DNA of 38,076 nucleotides from a virus (Duplodnaviria; Caudoviricetes). A program made the position numbers and the translations under genes. Positions 16,018 to 25,654 of this stretch are shown one piece after another. The stretch lies in the IMG/VR virus record IMGVR_UViG_3300016666_000240, positions 1-38,076 of that record, one strand, 5' to 3'. Numbering within the stretch: the first letter of the stretch is position 1; each line of letters begins with the position of its first letter. Under the pieces are notes generated by a model. It saw only the letters and a program-made list of their open reading frames with translations. It did no database searches and was not told where the DNA came from.

Positions 16018-17193
16018 TTATGCGGCGATGCGCGAGGCAAAGTCGGCCAGGTAGCGGTCGGTAATGCGCTGCTGGAATTTCAGGTTTTCCAGCGGCGGCA
16101 CGGGCGTGTAGTCGTAATCGATGGCGAGCTGGCCAGCCTTGAGCGTTTCTTTCTGGTTGAACTGCTCGTCATACCAGGCGTTGCCGTCGATGATGTAGCC
16201 CTGGCGTTTCAGGTCGCGGAACTTGGCGTTGATGCTTTCCAGTAGGTCGCGCACCAGCGAGGGATGCAAGGGCAGGTCGACAAATGCGAAATGCGCTTCG
16301 GCGATGGTGTCGGCCAGCACCTGGGCCGTGCGCGTGTAGCTCTCGAAATAGAAGAAGCCGCCCGGCTCCTCGCAGGTGCGCGAACCCCAGAAGCGGTAGC
16401 CGCCCATGTTAATCAGGGTGGTCACTTCCTCGGCGTTGAGCACGCCTGCGTCGGTGGCCGGGTCTTGCAAGTCGAAAAACACGTCCTTGCTGATGCCGGT
16501 CGGGCCGTTGATGACCACATTGGACAAGGTCTTGTGCCAGCCCGTGTCGTTGTCGATCTTCGCGCGCAGGCCCATGGCATAGGCGACGGCGGAGATGCTG
16601 GCTTCCGCGTCGATGGCGGTATCCCAGTTCACGAAGTCTGGCCAGATAATCATCACCTCGCGCTGGCCGAACTGGCCGCGATAGGTGGTGGCGGCCACCA
16701 CGTTGGCGCAGCCATAGGCAGATGCATACACGAAGCTGCGAAGCTGCTGCGCAACGCTGGCCAGCGCATTGGTGACGGCTTGCGTGTCCAGCCCCGGCGC
16801 GCCCAGGATGCGCGGTTTCACGCCCAGCTTGCTTTGCGCGGCCAGCAGCGCCTTGGCGCCCAGGTACTTGCCATCAGGCGAGACGCCGCCCACCACATTG
16901 GTGGTGGTTTCCGCTTCCGTCTCGCCTTCCGCCACGCGCACGACGACGGTCAGGGGCTTGGTCTGCGCGGCAATCGCTTCCAGCGCGCGGTACAGGGTGC
17001 CGCTCTTGCCGGCCTTGCCCATGGCGGCCAGCACGTTGGTGACGAGCACGGGCGTGTCGAGCGGGAAAGCGTCGGCATCCGCGTCGTCGGCCGTGGCGAT
17101 CAGGCCCAGCACGGCCGTGGAGACGGTACGGATCGGGCGCGAACCCTCGTTGATTTCAATGACGCGCACGCCATGGTGGTAGTCGGTAGGCAT
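16018..17193 (-). CDS. gpFI: Tail sheath protein FI (391 aa)
   Basis: MPTDYHHGVRVIE start with AGGAG RBS; KPRILGAPG, FWGSRT, YDYTPVPPLENL. Confidence 0.95.
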   Translation of the reverse strand: MPTDYHHGVRVIEINEGSRPIRTVSTAVLGLIATADDADADAFPLDTPVLVTNVLAAMGKAGKSGTLYRALEAIAAQTKPLTVVVRVAEGETEAETTTNVVGGVSPDGKYLGAKALLAAQSKLGVKPRILGAPGLDTQAVTNALASVAQQLRSFVYASAYGCANVVAATTYRGQFGQREVMIIWPDFVNWDTAIDAEASISAVAYAMGLRAKIDNDTGWHKTLSNVVINGPTGISKDVFFDLQDPATDAGVLNAEEVTTLINMGGYRFWGSRTCEEPGGFFYFESYTRTAQVLADTIAEAHFAFVDLPLHPSLVRDLLESINAKFRDLKRQGYIIDGNAWYDEQFNQKETLKAGQLAIDYDYTPVPPLENLKFQQRITDRYLADFASRIAA

Positions 17194-17240
17194 AGCAATG
17201 GCTCCTGGTGATGGGTCGATAAAAGTGTTTTTTCTTGCGC

Positions 17241-17537
17241 TTACTGCGTGCCGAGGTAGCCGGCCACGTCGGGATTGGCGGCAAGGAAGGCCCGAATCTT
17301 GGCCAGCGCATCGGCTTTGGCCGCCTCGGCGCTGTTGACGGCCGGGCGCGTAACCAGATCCCAGCCGGTGCCATTCCAGCGCGGCCACTGGCCATCGGGC
17401 CAGGTTTCCGGCGGCGCCGTGGCGATGGTGCTGGCTGGCATCAGCCAGACATCGGTTTCGCGCGGCGACATGTCGGCCACGGTGTCGCCGGCATAGTGGC
17501 CGGCTGCGTCGATCTGATACACGGTTTTCTGGTGCAT
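17241..17537 (-). CDS. Tail fibre assembly (Tfa-like) chaperone (98 aa)
   Basis: VYQIDAAGHYAG...SPRETDVWLMPASTIATAPP...WNGTGW; directly downstream of the tail fibre. Confidence 0.75.
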   Translation of the reverse strand: MHQKTVYQIDAAGHYAGDTVADMSPRETDVWLMPASTIATAPPETWPDGQWPRWNGTGWDLVTRPAVNSAEAAKADALAKIRAFLAANPDVAGYLGTQ

Positions 17538-17546
17538 GGCGCTTCC

Positions 17547-18971
17547 TCAGTATTTGATGCAGGCAAGCAGGGCGATGTTGCGGGGCCGCGATTCATTGCC
17601 GCCGCTGGCATCGACGGTCACGGCATGCTCATGCCTGCCCGCGCTGCTGGTCAGATACGACTGGTTGTCGTTGTCGGTCGATGCCGAGCCTTTGGCGTTG
17701 TAGCGCGCCACGCCATACGGTGCGCCGCTCGATTCGCCCCACGCCGAGTCGTGCTGGTGCTCGCCGCTGGCCGACGTTCTGGCCGCGTGGCCGTGCGCCT
17801 GGTTCTGGCCCGCCTGCGCCGTGTTCAAGGCGCGGCTGGGGTCGGCGCCGCGCCCGTCGTCAAAGCCCCGGATGAATTCGCCGCGCAGGTCAGGCAAGTT
17901 GAAGGTGTTGAAGCCGTCGCCAGCGCCGAAGCTCGTGCCAATCACCGCAAACAGCGCGGCATAGGCGGTGCGGCTGATGGCGGCGCCGTTGGCCTTCATC
18001 CAGCCGCTGGGCGCCGTCGCGCGCGGGAAGTACATCACCGCGCTGACGGGCGTTTTTTCGTCAGTCTCGGCCTGGCTGTACACGCCCAGGTTGGCGCGGG
18101 CCTCTGCCTTGCTCAGGATATCGCCCAGGTTCTTGCTTTGTTCCAGCGGCCGCGGCGCGCTGCCGGCAGGTTCGTTCTGCACCAGAATGAGCTTGGTGCC
18201 GGCGACATAGGCTTGCGCCAGCGTCAGGCGGGTAGCGTCGAGCGGATCGGGCGCCCATTGATCTTGCCGCAAGCGTTCTGCCGCATCGATGCTGCCCGGT
18301 TCGTTGACGTACACGGCCAGGCCCCTGGTTGTGACCGTGTTCAGGAGCACATCGGTTTGGCTGGCCGCCAGCGTCTGCGTTTCCTCGATCATGTCGACCA
18401 CGACGCTGACAGCGCTCGGGTCTGCCCACGCGGTGTCGCCTGGCGCATTCGATTTCTTCGTCAGGACCTGGTGCGTGGTGCCGCCCGGGATCAGCGCGGC
18501 GGCCGTGATATTGTTGGCAATCCATGCCTGTGTCGCCACGGCGACGTTGGGATCGACCTGCAGCGCGACTACGCCCGCATTGCTGACCATGAATTCCAGC
18601 CGCACGACGGTATCGGCATACGCCCCTTCGCTGATGACGGGCTTGTAGGTGGCTGGCAGATTGCCGACTGCAAATAGGGTGCCCGAGGCATCGAAAATGC
18701 CCACTTCCCGCATCGTGAAACCGCCTACCGTGGCCGGAATGACCAGCTCGGCCGTGTAGCGTGTTGGCGTAGCCGGGTCCTGGAATACGCGGTTGACCAC
18801 GGCACGGAACAGCTCGCGCGCCAGCTGCGTTTGTGTTTCCGACGGCAGCACGTCATTGCCCAGCCCGTCGCCGACCGCCATGTGGGGCAGGTTGATCGGC
18901 ACGCCGGATGCCTCGGCCTGGGCCATGCTTTGCAGGCCGTGGATGGTGTGGATAGTGCGAAAGATTGCCAT
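17547..18971 (-). CDS. gpH: Tail fibre protein gpH-like (N-terminal baseplate anchor, C-terminal collar domain)
   Basis: MAVGDG...GGFTMREVGI...YKP N-terminus; GWMKANGAAISRTAYAALF...FNLPDLRGEFIRG collar; ESRPRNIALLACIKY end. Confidence 0.9.
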   Translation of the reverse strand: MAIFRTIHTIHGLQSMAQAEASGVPINLPHMAVGDGLGNDVLPSETQTQLARELFRAVVNRVFQDPATPTRYTAELVIPATVGGFTMREVGIFDASGTLFAVGNLPATYKPVISEGAYADTVVRLEFMVSNAGVVALQVDPNVAVATQAWIANNITAAALIPGGTTHQVLTKKSNAPGDTAWADPSAVSVVVDMIEETQTLAASQTDVLLNTVTTRGLAVYVNEPGSIDAAERLRQDQWAPDPLDATRLTLAQAYVAGTKLILVQNEPAGSAPRPLEQSKNLGDILSKAEARANLGVYSQAETDEKTPVSAVMYFPRATAPSGWMKANGAAISRTAYAALFAVIGTSFGAGDGFNTFNLPDLRGEFIRGFDDGRGADPSRALNTAQAGQNQAHGHAARTSASGEHQHDSAWGESSGAPYGVARYNAKGSASTDNDNQSYLTSSAGRHEHAVTVDASGGNESRPRNIALLACIKY

Positions 18972-18977
18972 TTTTAT

Positions 18978-21962
18978 TTAGTGATACACGGGAGGTTGGC
19001 TGGTGAGCAAAAGGCGCAGATACTGAACCAGGCCCATATAGGCATTCCCCATCTGCGCGAAGCCCGCCTCGCTGCAGTGCGTGATGTCGGCCATGTATTT
19101 GTAGGTGTCCGGCCCGGCATAGTCCGCCATCGGTTTTTCGGGCGTGGTGTCGAACCCGTACACGCGATGCACGATCGAGTGATAGTCCAGCAGATAGATG
19201 CCCTCCGCCTCGCGGCCATCGAAATCGGCCACCAGGTACTTGGCCAGCAGCCACATCGCCCGCTTCACGCGCTCCGTGTTGAGCGTGCCGTATTCGCCCT
19301 GGCGCCCCGAGGACACAGGAATGCCGATGATGATTTTGCACGCCGGGCTGTCTGCCTTCACGCTGGCAATGAGCTGTTCATAGCGCGCCTTGTAGAGCGC
19401 ATAGGTGGCAGGGAAGGTATGTGCATCCGCACTGTAGAAGTCATTCGTGCCCAGCAGGACGTGCAGGATATCGGGCCGTGGAATGCCCCACGCCGCGCGA
19501 TATTTTGCATAGTTAAATGCAAAGCCGCCCAGCGTTTCCAGCGTAATGGCCGCCCAGGCAGCGCCCGTCCACACGATATAGCCGCCGCCCTCGCTCATTA
19601 CGTCACCCACGGCAGGGGCTTTCTTGCGCCCCGTGACCGTGTCGAACTGGTCCCGGATTCCAAAGAAGTAGGTGGCGTTGTAGCTGGGCGAGGCCGAGTT
19701 CGCATCAATCCAGAAGGACGTCGGCCCGAGGTGGTGGTACGCGTTGACCGGCTGCATGAACGGCGACAGGTATCCGCGGTTGTCCACTGTGAAATAGCTT
19801 TCCATCGTCCAGCCGCCCTGGCCCTCGCATTTCACGGGCTGATTGGTGGAATTGGCCGTGCGGTTGCCGATGTAGGTGATGCCGGCAGAGGCCGGTGTCG
19901 CGTTGAGAACGTTCACAAAGGTCATGCGGCCCGAAAAGCTGTCGCCGATGTTCCCCAGGTTGAGCGGCGTGGCGATGGTGGGGTCGGTAATTCGGACTTG
20001 ATACCATTTCCCGGCCGCGCCCTCCTCGAAGTCGAAGCTGCTGCCCACCACCGTGGCGCTGCCATTGACGGTGGTGTTGACCTGATCCGGCAAGGGCAGC
20101 AGTTTGCGCGCTTCGCCCGTTTCCCTGCTGCTCTCTTCACTGGCTGACATGGAAATGCCGATGTGGCCGGCATGGGCCTGGAAATCCTGGACGACGTTTT
20201 CGTAGTACAGCGCGAGTTCCTTGCCGGCCGGCACGTAGTGCGTCGTCGCCAGCACGGGCGCTTCCATGGCGGGCACGGCAGACGTGCCGGCGCCCTCGAC
20301 ATGAATGGGCGCGCCATCTGCAGCGCGCAGCTCATAGCGGTACGCCTCGAATGGCGTAGCCACATCGCCCTTTTCCAGCTGGATCGCGTCGAGGGCGTCG
20401 TGCGGCACGGTGATGCGGATGAATTCGACTCCAGGCGGGATGGTGAAGCGGTCAGCTGCCGCGTCATCGTAGCCGCCGGGAACGGGTTGTTTGTGCTGGT
20501 CGTAGAAGCAGACCATCCGGGCATACGTGCCATTGAGGACGTAGTGTCCAGGCGATACCGGGATAAAGTCCGAATAGTCGTAGGTCGCGTTGGCAACCGC
20601 TACGCCGCCGGCCGACATATAGAAGCCGGGCACCACGCTGGCCTTGTTAAATTTGTTCTTCCCCACTGGCAGGAAGGTGGTGGCGCGTGGCGTGACGCGA
20701 AGGGGTGCGCTGACGTCATCCCGCAAGCGGTAGCCGTATTCCTCATGGGCAGTGGCGACGCTGCCCGCTTCCAGCTGCAGCGAAGCGCTGTTATGCGCCA
20801 CGGCGATGCGGATGAACGCCACGCCTGCCGGTATGCGCAGGCTGTCCACCGACACTTCGCCGTTGTAGCCGCCCGCGACGACAGCCTTGTTTGCGTCGTA
20901 GCAGCACGAGAACCGGATGCCGGTCGTGTTGCACTTGTAGTCGCCGGGAACTACTGGGATGTAGTCCGAGGTGTCATAGCCGGCGTGATGGAAGAATCCA
21001 CCGCCCGAGGTGATGTACTGCCCGACGGTGACCGTGTGCGGGTTGAACACGTTTTTCCCGAGGCACAGGAAATTGGTCTTGTCCGGCGAAATGGCCTGAT
21101 TCTCCAGGTGCCTGTTGGCCACTGCGCCAGTTTCGATCTTGTCGCCGGGCAGCCAGCCGGCAGGCAGCGAAGCGGCCAGCGGCACAATCGGCACGCCAGA
21201 AGGCAGGGCGAGGCGGTACTGGAACGGCTCGTAGGCAGAAGTGGGACCGCGTTCAAGTTGAAACACCTCCATGTCCGAGGCGAACAGCGTAACGCGCACA
21301 TACGAAATGCCCTGGGGGACGATGAAGGGAGAGGTGCCGACATCCGAGCCGCCGACACGCACAATTTTGTCGCGGTCAAAGTAGCAGGAGTAACGCATGC
21401 CCGATGCATTGGCGTAGTACGTGTCTCCCGGCGTGACGGCAATGTAGTCCGACACGTTGTACACGGGATTGTCGGCCAGCAGGCCGGTTTCGGTGAGGTA
21501 CTTGCCAAGGGTGGTGGCCGTCTTGTCGAACAGGTTTTTTCCCGGCATCAGGAACAGGGTGCGCGAAGGGCCGATCAGGGCGCTGGCCGACGGATAGGCG
21601 GCGATCAGCATGGAAGCATCGCTGTTCGTCCTGCGGTATTCGAAAGCGGCGACGTCGCCATGGCCCTGCACCTTGAAAGCCTGGCCATCGGCCACGGCGG
21701 CGCGGCCCAGCGCCTCTGTCGCGTAGACGCCGGCCTGGATCAGGGCCGCATCGCGCGCGGCCAGCGCTGCAACTGTGGCGCTATTGACCTGGCCCAGCAG
21801 TCCCGCCGCATTGATCGCGGCATCGTTGTCCTTGATTAATTTGGCCAGCGAGCGTACCGGGCCGGATGCGGTGTGCACGACGGTGCTGTCATCACCGTGC
21901 GTGATCTGGTTCACCTTGTCGGCATCCGCATTGAACTGCGCCACTTTGTTTGCAAGAGTCAT
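18978..21962 (-). CDS. Extra tailspike-like protein (994 aa): three tandem ~110-aa beta-rich repeats plus C-terminal SGNH/GDSL esterase
   Basis: Repeats start GKN at residues ~141, ~302 and ~434; IGDSF (~673), EGQGGW, LGTND (~840), DITH (~962) SGNH blocks; inserted between I and H. Confidence 0.8.
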   Translation of the reverse strand: MTLANKVAQFNADADKVNQITHGDDSTVVHTASGPVRSLAKLIKDNDAAINAAGLLGQVNSATVAALAARDAALIQAGVYATEALGRAAVADGQAFKVQGHGDVAAFEYRRTNSDASMLIAAYPSASALIGPSRTLFLMPGKNLFDKTATTLGKYLTETGLLADNPVYNVSDYIAVTPGDTYYANASGMRYSCYFDRDKIVRVGGSDVGTSPFIVPQGISYVRVTLFASDMEVFQLERGPTSAYEPFQYRLALPSGVPIVPLAASLPAGWLPGDKIETGAVANRHLENQAISPDKTNFLCLGKNVFNPHTVTVGQYITSGGGFFHHAGYDTSDYIPVVPGDYKCNTTGIRFSCCYDANKAVVAGGYNGEVSVDSLRIPAGVAFIRIAVAHNSASLQLEAGSVATAHEEYGYRLRDDVSAPLRVTPRATTFLPVGKNKFNKASVVPGFYMSAGGVAVANATYDYSDFIPVSPGHYVLNGTYARMVCFYDQHKQPVPGGYDDAAADRFTIPPGVEFIRITVPHDALDAIQLEKGDVATPFEAYRYELRAADGAPIHVEGAGTSAVPAMEAPVLATTHYVPAGKELALYYENVVQDFQAHAGHIGISMSASEESSRETGEARKLLPLPDQVNTTVNGSATVVGSSFDFEEGAAGKWYQVRITDPTIATPLNLGNIGDSFSGRMTFVNVLNATPASAGITYIGNRTANSTNQPVKCEGQGGWTMESYFTVDNRGYLSPFMQPVNAYHHLGPTSFWIDANSASPSYNATYFFGIRDQFDTVTGRKKAPAVGDVMSEGGGYIVWTGAAWAAITLETLGGFAFNYAKYRAAWGIPRPDILHVLLGTNDFYSADAHTFPATYALYKARYEQLIASVKADSPACKIIIGIPVSSGRQGEYGTLNTERVKRAMWLLAKYLVADFDGREAEGIYLLDYHSIVHRVYGFDTTPEKPMADYAGPDTYKYMADITHCSEAGFAQMGNAYMGLVQYLRLLLTSQPPVYH

Positions 21963-21968
21963 GTTATT

Positions 21969-22613
21969 TCACCAATATGTTTGAATGTGCAGTGCATCGA
22001 CTGCGGCTTCGGTGGCGGCCATGCCATTGAGTGCCCCTTCAATCATCAGGTACACATCGGGCAGGCGCGCGTCGTACTGCACGGCCACGTCGCTGCCGAG
22101 CGCAGCGGCTGCGGCGACGCTTAGTTCGTTGCGCGTGACGACGGACGGGACGATGAGGGCCAGGTGCGAGCGCAGGTTTTTCGTGTTGTCGACGGCGGCG
22201 AGAATGTGCTGCAGTGCTGCCTGGCTGATGCCGACCTGGCTCGCTTCCAGCAGCAGGCGGAACGTGTAGGGCGCGCCGGCCGGGATCTGCTTGAACCATT
22301 CCTGCACTTGCACGGTAAAACCCAGCGCGGCCAGCGCACCACGCACCGAGCCGATGGTGCCCTTGTGGCGGTGGACAAACAGCGTGGACTTGATCGTCGC
22401 GCGCTTTTGCTCGTCGCTCCAGGCGCTGTCCCATTGCCCGACATCGTAGCTCCACGCCAGCCACGGCAGTGGCGTCGCCGGGCAGGTGTCCGGGTTCCAG
22501 AGATCGCGCATGGGCGTGGGCAGGTCCAGCGCGCGCGCGTTGACCTGCGCCAGCGCGCGCTCGATGCGCGTGGCGTTTGGCGGCAGCAGGGACTGGAACG
22601 TTGACTCAGCCAT
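21969..22613 (-). CDS. gpI: P2 gpI-like tail/baseplate protein
   Basis: LLPPNAT, LWNPDTCP...LPWLAW, HRHKGT. Confidence 0.93.
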   Translation of the reverse strand: MAESTFQSLLPPNATRIERALAQVNARALDLPTPMRDLWNPDTCPATPLPWLAWSYDVGQWDSAWSDEQKRATIKSTLFVHRHKGTIGSVRGALAALGFTVQVQEWFKQIPAGAPYTFRLLLEASQVGISQAALQHILAAVDNTKNLRSHLALIVPSVVTRNELSVAAAAALGSDVAVQYDARLPDVYLMIEGALNGMAATEAAVDALHIQTYW

Positions 22614-23517
22614 GGCTGGCCTTGCGCACGTTGAGCGTGATGCCGGTGCAATAGGCGGCCTGACCCTCGGCGATGACGATGTTGCCGGCCGGTGCTGCTA
22701 GGTTGACGGTTTTGACGCCTGGCTGGTGCAGTGCCTTGAAAAAGCCGGACAGCGCCACGTCGTAGCCGATCCGGTGGACGCTGTCGGCATAGGCCTGCGC
22801 GTCGCGGCGTGCCGCCGCTTCAACGGTGTCGGCATCCGGGCCGTCGTAGATGACCAGTTCGGCATCGAGCGCATAGGTGATGATCGAGGCCGACTGGACG
22901 TCGACCTGGTCGCTCATGGGCCGCACGATGTCCGCATTGACGGCGGCGCGCACCTTGGCGAGCAGGTCGGTGTCAGCCGTACCGTCGCCGAGGCGCGACA
23001 TGACGTACACCATGATGTTGCCGGGCGTCGGGCTGACGGGCAGGGCGTCCTTTACTTTGCCGTCGGCCGACATGGCGTGAAAGATGTAGCTGCCACGACT
23101 GCCGGCGGTCGAATAGCCCTGGAACGACAGCTGGATGCGGGCGCGGTAGTCGCTGTCGCTTTCCATTTCGGCCAGCGTCGGCGGCGTGGTTGTCGCATCG
23201 GCCTGGATAATGGTCAGGCGCGGCACGTCGACGTTGGCGCCGAGCTGGTCGAGGTCGGCCCCGATGGCGTAAGCTAGCATGACGGCGCGGCAGGCGTCGT
23301 TGACGCGCTGGCGCAGGAGCATTTCGCGGTAGGCGTTTTCCTGCAGGAGGATGGCCAACGGCTCGGACTCAAGCACGAGCGTGGCGGCGATGTTGGCCTG
23401 CTGTTCTTCCGGAAAGAGCGCGATCAGCGCGGCCTTGCGTTCGGCATAGATCGCTTCATAGTCAAGCACTTCGATGACGCTGGGCGCCGGCAGGCGTGAC
23501 ATGTCGATGGCGCTCAT
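22606..23517 (-). CDS. gpJ: Baseplate wedge protein gpJ (303 aa)
   Basis: IDMSRLPAPSVIE, LESEP, ESDSDYRARI, STAG, VRPMSDQV; start coupled to the W stop. Confidence 0.93.
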   Translation of the reverse strand: MSAIDMSRLPAPSVIEVLDYEAIYAERKAALIALFPEEQQANIAATLVLESEPLAILLQENAYREMLLRQRVNDACRAVMLAYAIGADLDQLGANVDVPRLTIIQADATTTPPTLAEMESDSDYRARIQLSFQGYSTAGSRGSYIFHAMSADGKVKDALPVSPTPGNIMVYVMSRLGDGTADTDLLAKVRAAVNADIVRPMSDQVDVQSASIITYALDAELVIYDGPDADTVEAAARRDAQAYADSVHRIGYDVALSGFFKALHQPGVKTVNLAAPAGNIVIAEGQAAYCTGITLNVRKASHG

Positions 23518-23861
23518 GCCGCACCGCCCTGGCCGACGGCCACTTGCAACTGCACGTTGCTGCCATTGGCAATGCCTTCCAGCGTCAGCGTGGCCGCGCC
23601 GGCCTGGCCGCGTTCCAGCTGCAAGCTGGTGAGGCGGATGCGCGGTTCCCAGCGCAGCACCGCATGCGCCACGGCGGCATAGATACGCAACTGCGTGGCG
23701 CCGTTCATCGGCTGGTCGATCAGTTCCGGCACTTCGGAGCCGTAGCTGCGCCGCATGACGCGCGAGCCGATGGGAGTGGTCAGGATATTGGCCAGCGACT
23801 GGCGGATATGCGCAAGGTCGCTGATGGTGCGCCCGGTGGTAGCGTGCATGCCCAACATCAC
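23514..23861 (-). CDS. gpW: Baseplate protein gpW (gp25-like)
   Basis: HIRQSLANILTTPIGSRVMRRSYGS, WEPRI. Confidence 0.93.
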   Translation of the reverse strand: MMLGMHATTGRTISDLAHIRQSLANILTTPIGSRVMRRSYGSEVPELIDQPMNGATQLRIYAAVAHAVLRWEPRIRLTSLQLERGQAGAATLTLEGIANGSNVQLQVAVGQGGAA

Positions 23862-24517
23862 AGCGGCCCGCCCGACTGGTCGCCGCCGGCCTTGACGCCG
23901 CTGTGCTGATGCTTGGCCAAGCTGATGGCGCCGGCCAGCACGTCCTCGCTGGCATGGACTTTCCCTTGCACAGCCATGGCCACGCCGCCAGCGGCGCCGG
24001 CCTTGGCGTTCACGCCGGCATTCAGGGCGGTGGCGCCGTTGACGGTGGCCGATTGCTCGACAAGCAGATTGCCCATGACGGTCAGGTCGCCCGTGCAGAT
24101 GGTGCTCGGTGCGTTCGACGTCACCTTGTCGGCGGTGATGGTGGCGGTGCCGCCGGGCAGGGTGGCCGTCAGGGTATGGGCCGCATGGTCGTACTGCACC
24201 ATGGCGCCGTCGGGATAATGCGTGGCGTGGATGGTGCCGCTGGTTTCGGGGGCGTCAAATTCCTTGGAGTACAGCGCCGGCAGGATGATGCCGCGTGTCA
24301 GGTCGCCGCCTGGGGAAAAGACGATCACTTGTTCGCCGACCGTGGGCGCCGACCAGGTGCGCGTGCTGCCGGCGCGCCGGGTGGCCCAGTTCAGCCATTC
24401 GGTGGTGAGGGTCGGCCCGAGCCGCACGCGCGCCTTGGCGCCGTCCACCTCGGCGATGGTGCCCAGGCGGATGAGGTTTTGCAGCAAGCGGAGGAGGTCG
24501 GACAGGTCGGCGTTCAT
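23858..24517 (-). CDS. gpV: Baseplate spike protein gpV
   Basis: NLIRLGTI, RAGSTRTWSAPTVGEQV, YPDGA, C-terminal HxH (KHQHSGV); start chosen from late-promoter geometry. Confidence 0.92.
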   Translation of the reverse strand: MNADLSDLLRLLQNLIRLGTIAEVDGAKARVRLGPTLTTEWLNWATRRAGSTRTWSAPTVGEQVIVFSPGGDLTRGIILPALYSKEFDAPETSGTIHATHYPDGAMVQYDHAAHTLTATLPGGTATITADKVTSNAPSTICTGDLTVMGNLLVEQSATVNGATALNAGVNAKAGAAGGVAMAVQGKVHASEDVLAGAISLAKHQHSGVKAGGDQSGGPL

Positions 24518-24559
24518 GCAGTGCATGTTGCCGAAGTCCGCGTGCGGATGCACGCGGGG

Positions 24560-24585
24560 GCGGGTTGATAAGCCGATTAGCGACT
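24560..24585 (-). promoter_or_regulatory. Candidate Ogr-type activator site of late promoter PV
   Basis: GCGGGTTGATAAGCCGATTAGCGACT matches 31549-31574; centred ~57 bp upstream of V ATG; -10-like CAACAT at 24525-24530. Confidence 0.65.
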
Positions 24586-24611
24586 ATGCCAAGCCGCGTT
24601 GTCAAAATTGA

Positions 24612-25523
24612 CTACGGCGCAAACGCCAAGATTGCGGCAGTAGCGTAAGTGATAATCTGCTCGATAGTTTTATCTGCCGCTATATCAACTGCAGCATCTT
24701 TGGTCTTTTCAAACCAAGCTTTGACCCTTGAGCCTATTCCCTTCTCGCCAGATATTCTATCGACATCGGCATTGTTCGCTAGCTCTGCTGCAGTTTCCTT
24801 CGACAAGCCTATTTTCTCAAGTGCCGCAATGAGCGAGGGGAGGTCGCCCGGCTTTATGCCGTTTACTATGCTCTGCTCGACTGAATGATTTCCGAATGCC
24901 ACACCACTCACATTTCCACCGTTTATTGTTGTATTGAATATTTGACTCACTATTTTCTCCTTTTCCCTCAAATTTTCATCATGTGCTGGTACTAAGCCAG
25001 CATCAGGATAGGTCGATTTTATTTCAAGCGAGAATGCAAGAATCTTTGTTTTTATTTGATCAATCAGCGACGTCAAATGTGCTATAGGGAGCTCCATCCA
25101 AGCTCCTGTGCAATGTGACCCTGGTGTCATTGCCGAGCCGTACTGAATTGCCAAAGCGATAGGCCAATCTCTTTTGAAAGTGCCTTTCCCCTCACTCGCC
25201 TCTACCATCTGTGCACACTCTGCAACTGGCCTGCGATACTGAATGTCCTCAAAAGCCTTGCGGATATCCTCCGGCAATACAGCAGCCGATAGCTGTACAA
25301 CTCCTTCGAGTCTTCCGATCATATTTCCTTTAATCGTCCCTACAAAAATCCGGTAAGGCGGAACACTGACATCGTCAGGATAGCCCTCAAGCTCATGCTT
25401 AATCCATGTCGAAAGCGGTTCGTGTCTTAGGTCATGAGCCAATACCATACAGAGGCGAAGCAATCGGGTAACACTAGAGTCCTTAGATATTGCTTCCTCA
25501 ACTATTTGCTGTAAAAGTGACAT
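24612..25523 (-). CDS. AbiTii-domain accessory protein (303 aa), putative anti-phage moron
   Basis: MSLLQQIVEEAI...LLRLCMVLA...LSTWIKHELEGY...VPPYR is the AbiTii pattern; low GC; inserted between S and V. Confidence 0.75.
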   Translation of the reverse strand: MSLLQQIVEEAISKDSSVTRLLRLCMVLAHDLRHEPLSTWIKHELEGYPDDVSVPPYRIFVGTIKGNMIGRLEGVVQLSAAVLPEDIRKAFEDIQYRRPVAECAQMVEASEGKGTFKRDWPIALAIQYGSAMTPGSHCTGAWMELPIAHLTSLIDQIKTKILAFSLEIKSTYPDAGLVPAHDENLREKEKIVSQIFNTTINGGNVSGVAFGNHSVEQSIVNGIKPGDLPSLIAALEKIGLSKETAAELANNADVDRISGEKGIGSRVKAWFEKTKDAAVDIAADKTIEQIITYATAAILAFAP

Positions 25524-25654
25524 GTAAATTCTTTCGATGGTTTTCGTCGGCAATTTAATTGAATGGATAGGCAAGGGGCGCGCTTAGAGGGCAGTATGAT
25601 GCGACTCTATCTCATTTGATAACTAATGTCAGGTGAAGTTTGCATTGATGCATC

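Noticed and set aside
17194-17240. Possible late promoter PF upstream of the sheath gene (GGGTCGATA half-site)
   Set aside because: Only a half match to the late motif and too close to the start codon for the observed geometry
17241-21962. Tail-fibre diversification by invertase or diversity-generating retroelement
   Set aside because: No invertase, reverse transcriptase, inverted fibre cassette or TR/VR-like DNA repeat seen; repeats in the 994-aa gene are diverged protein-level repeats
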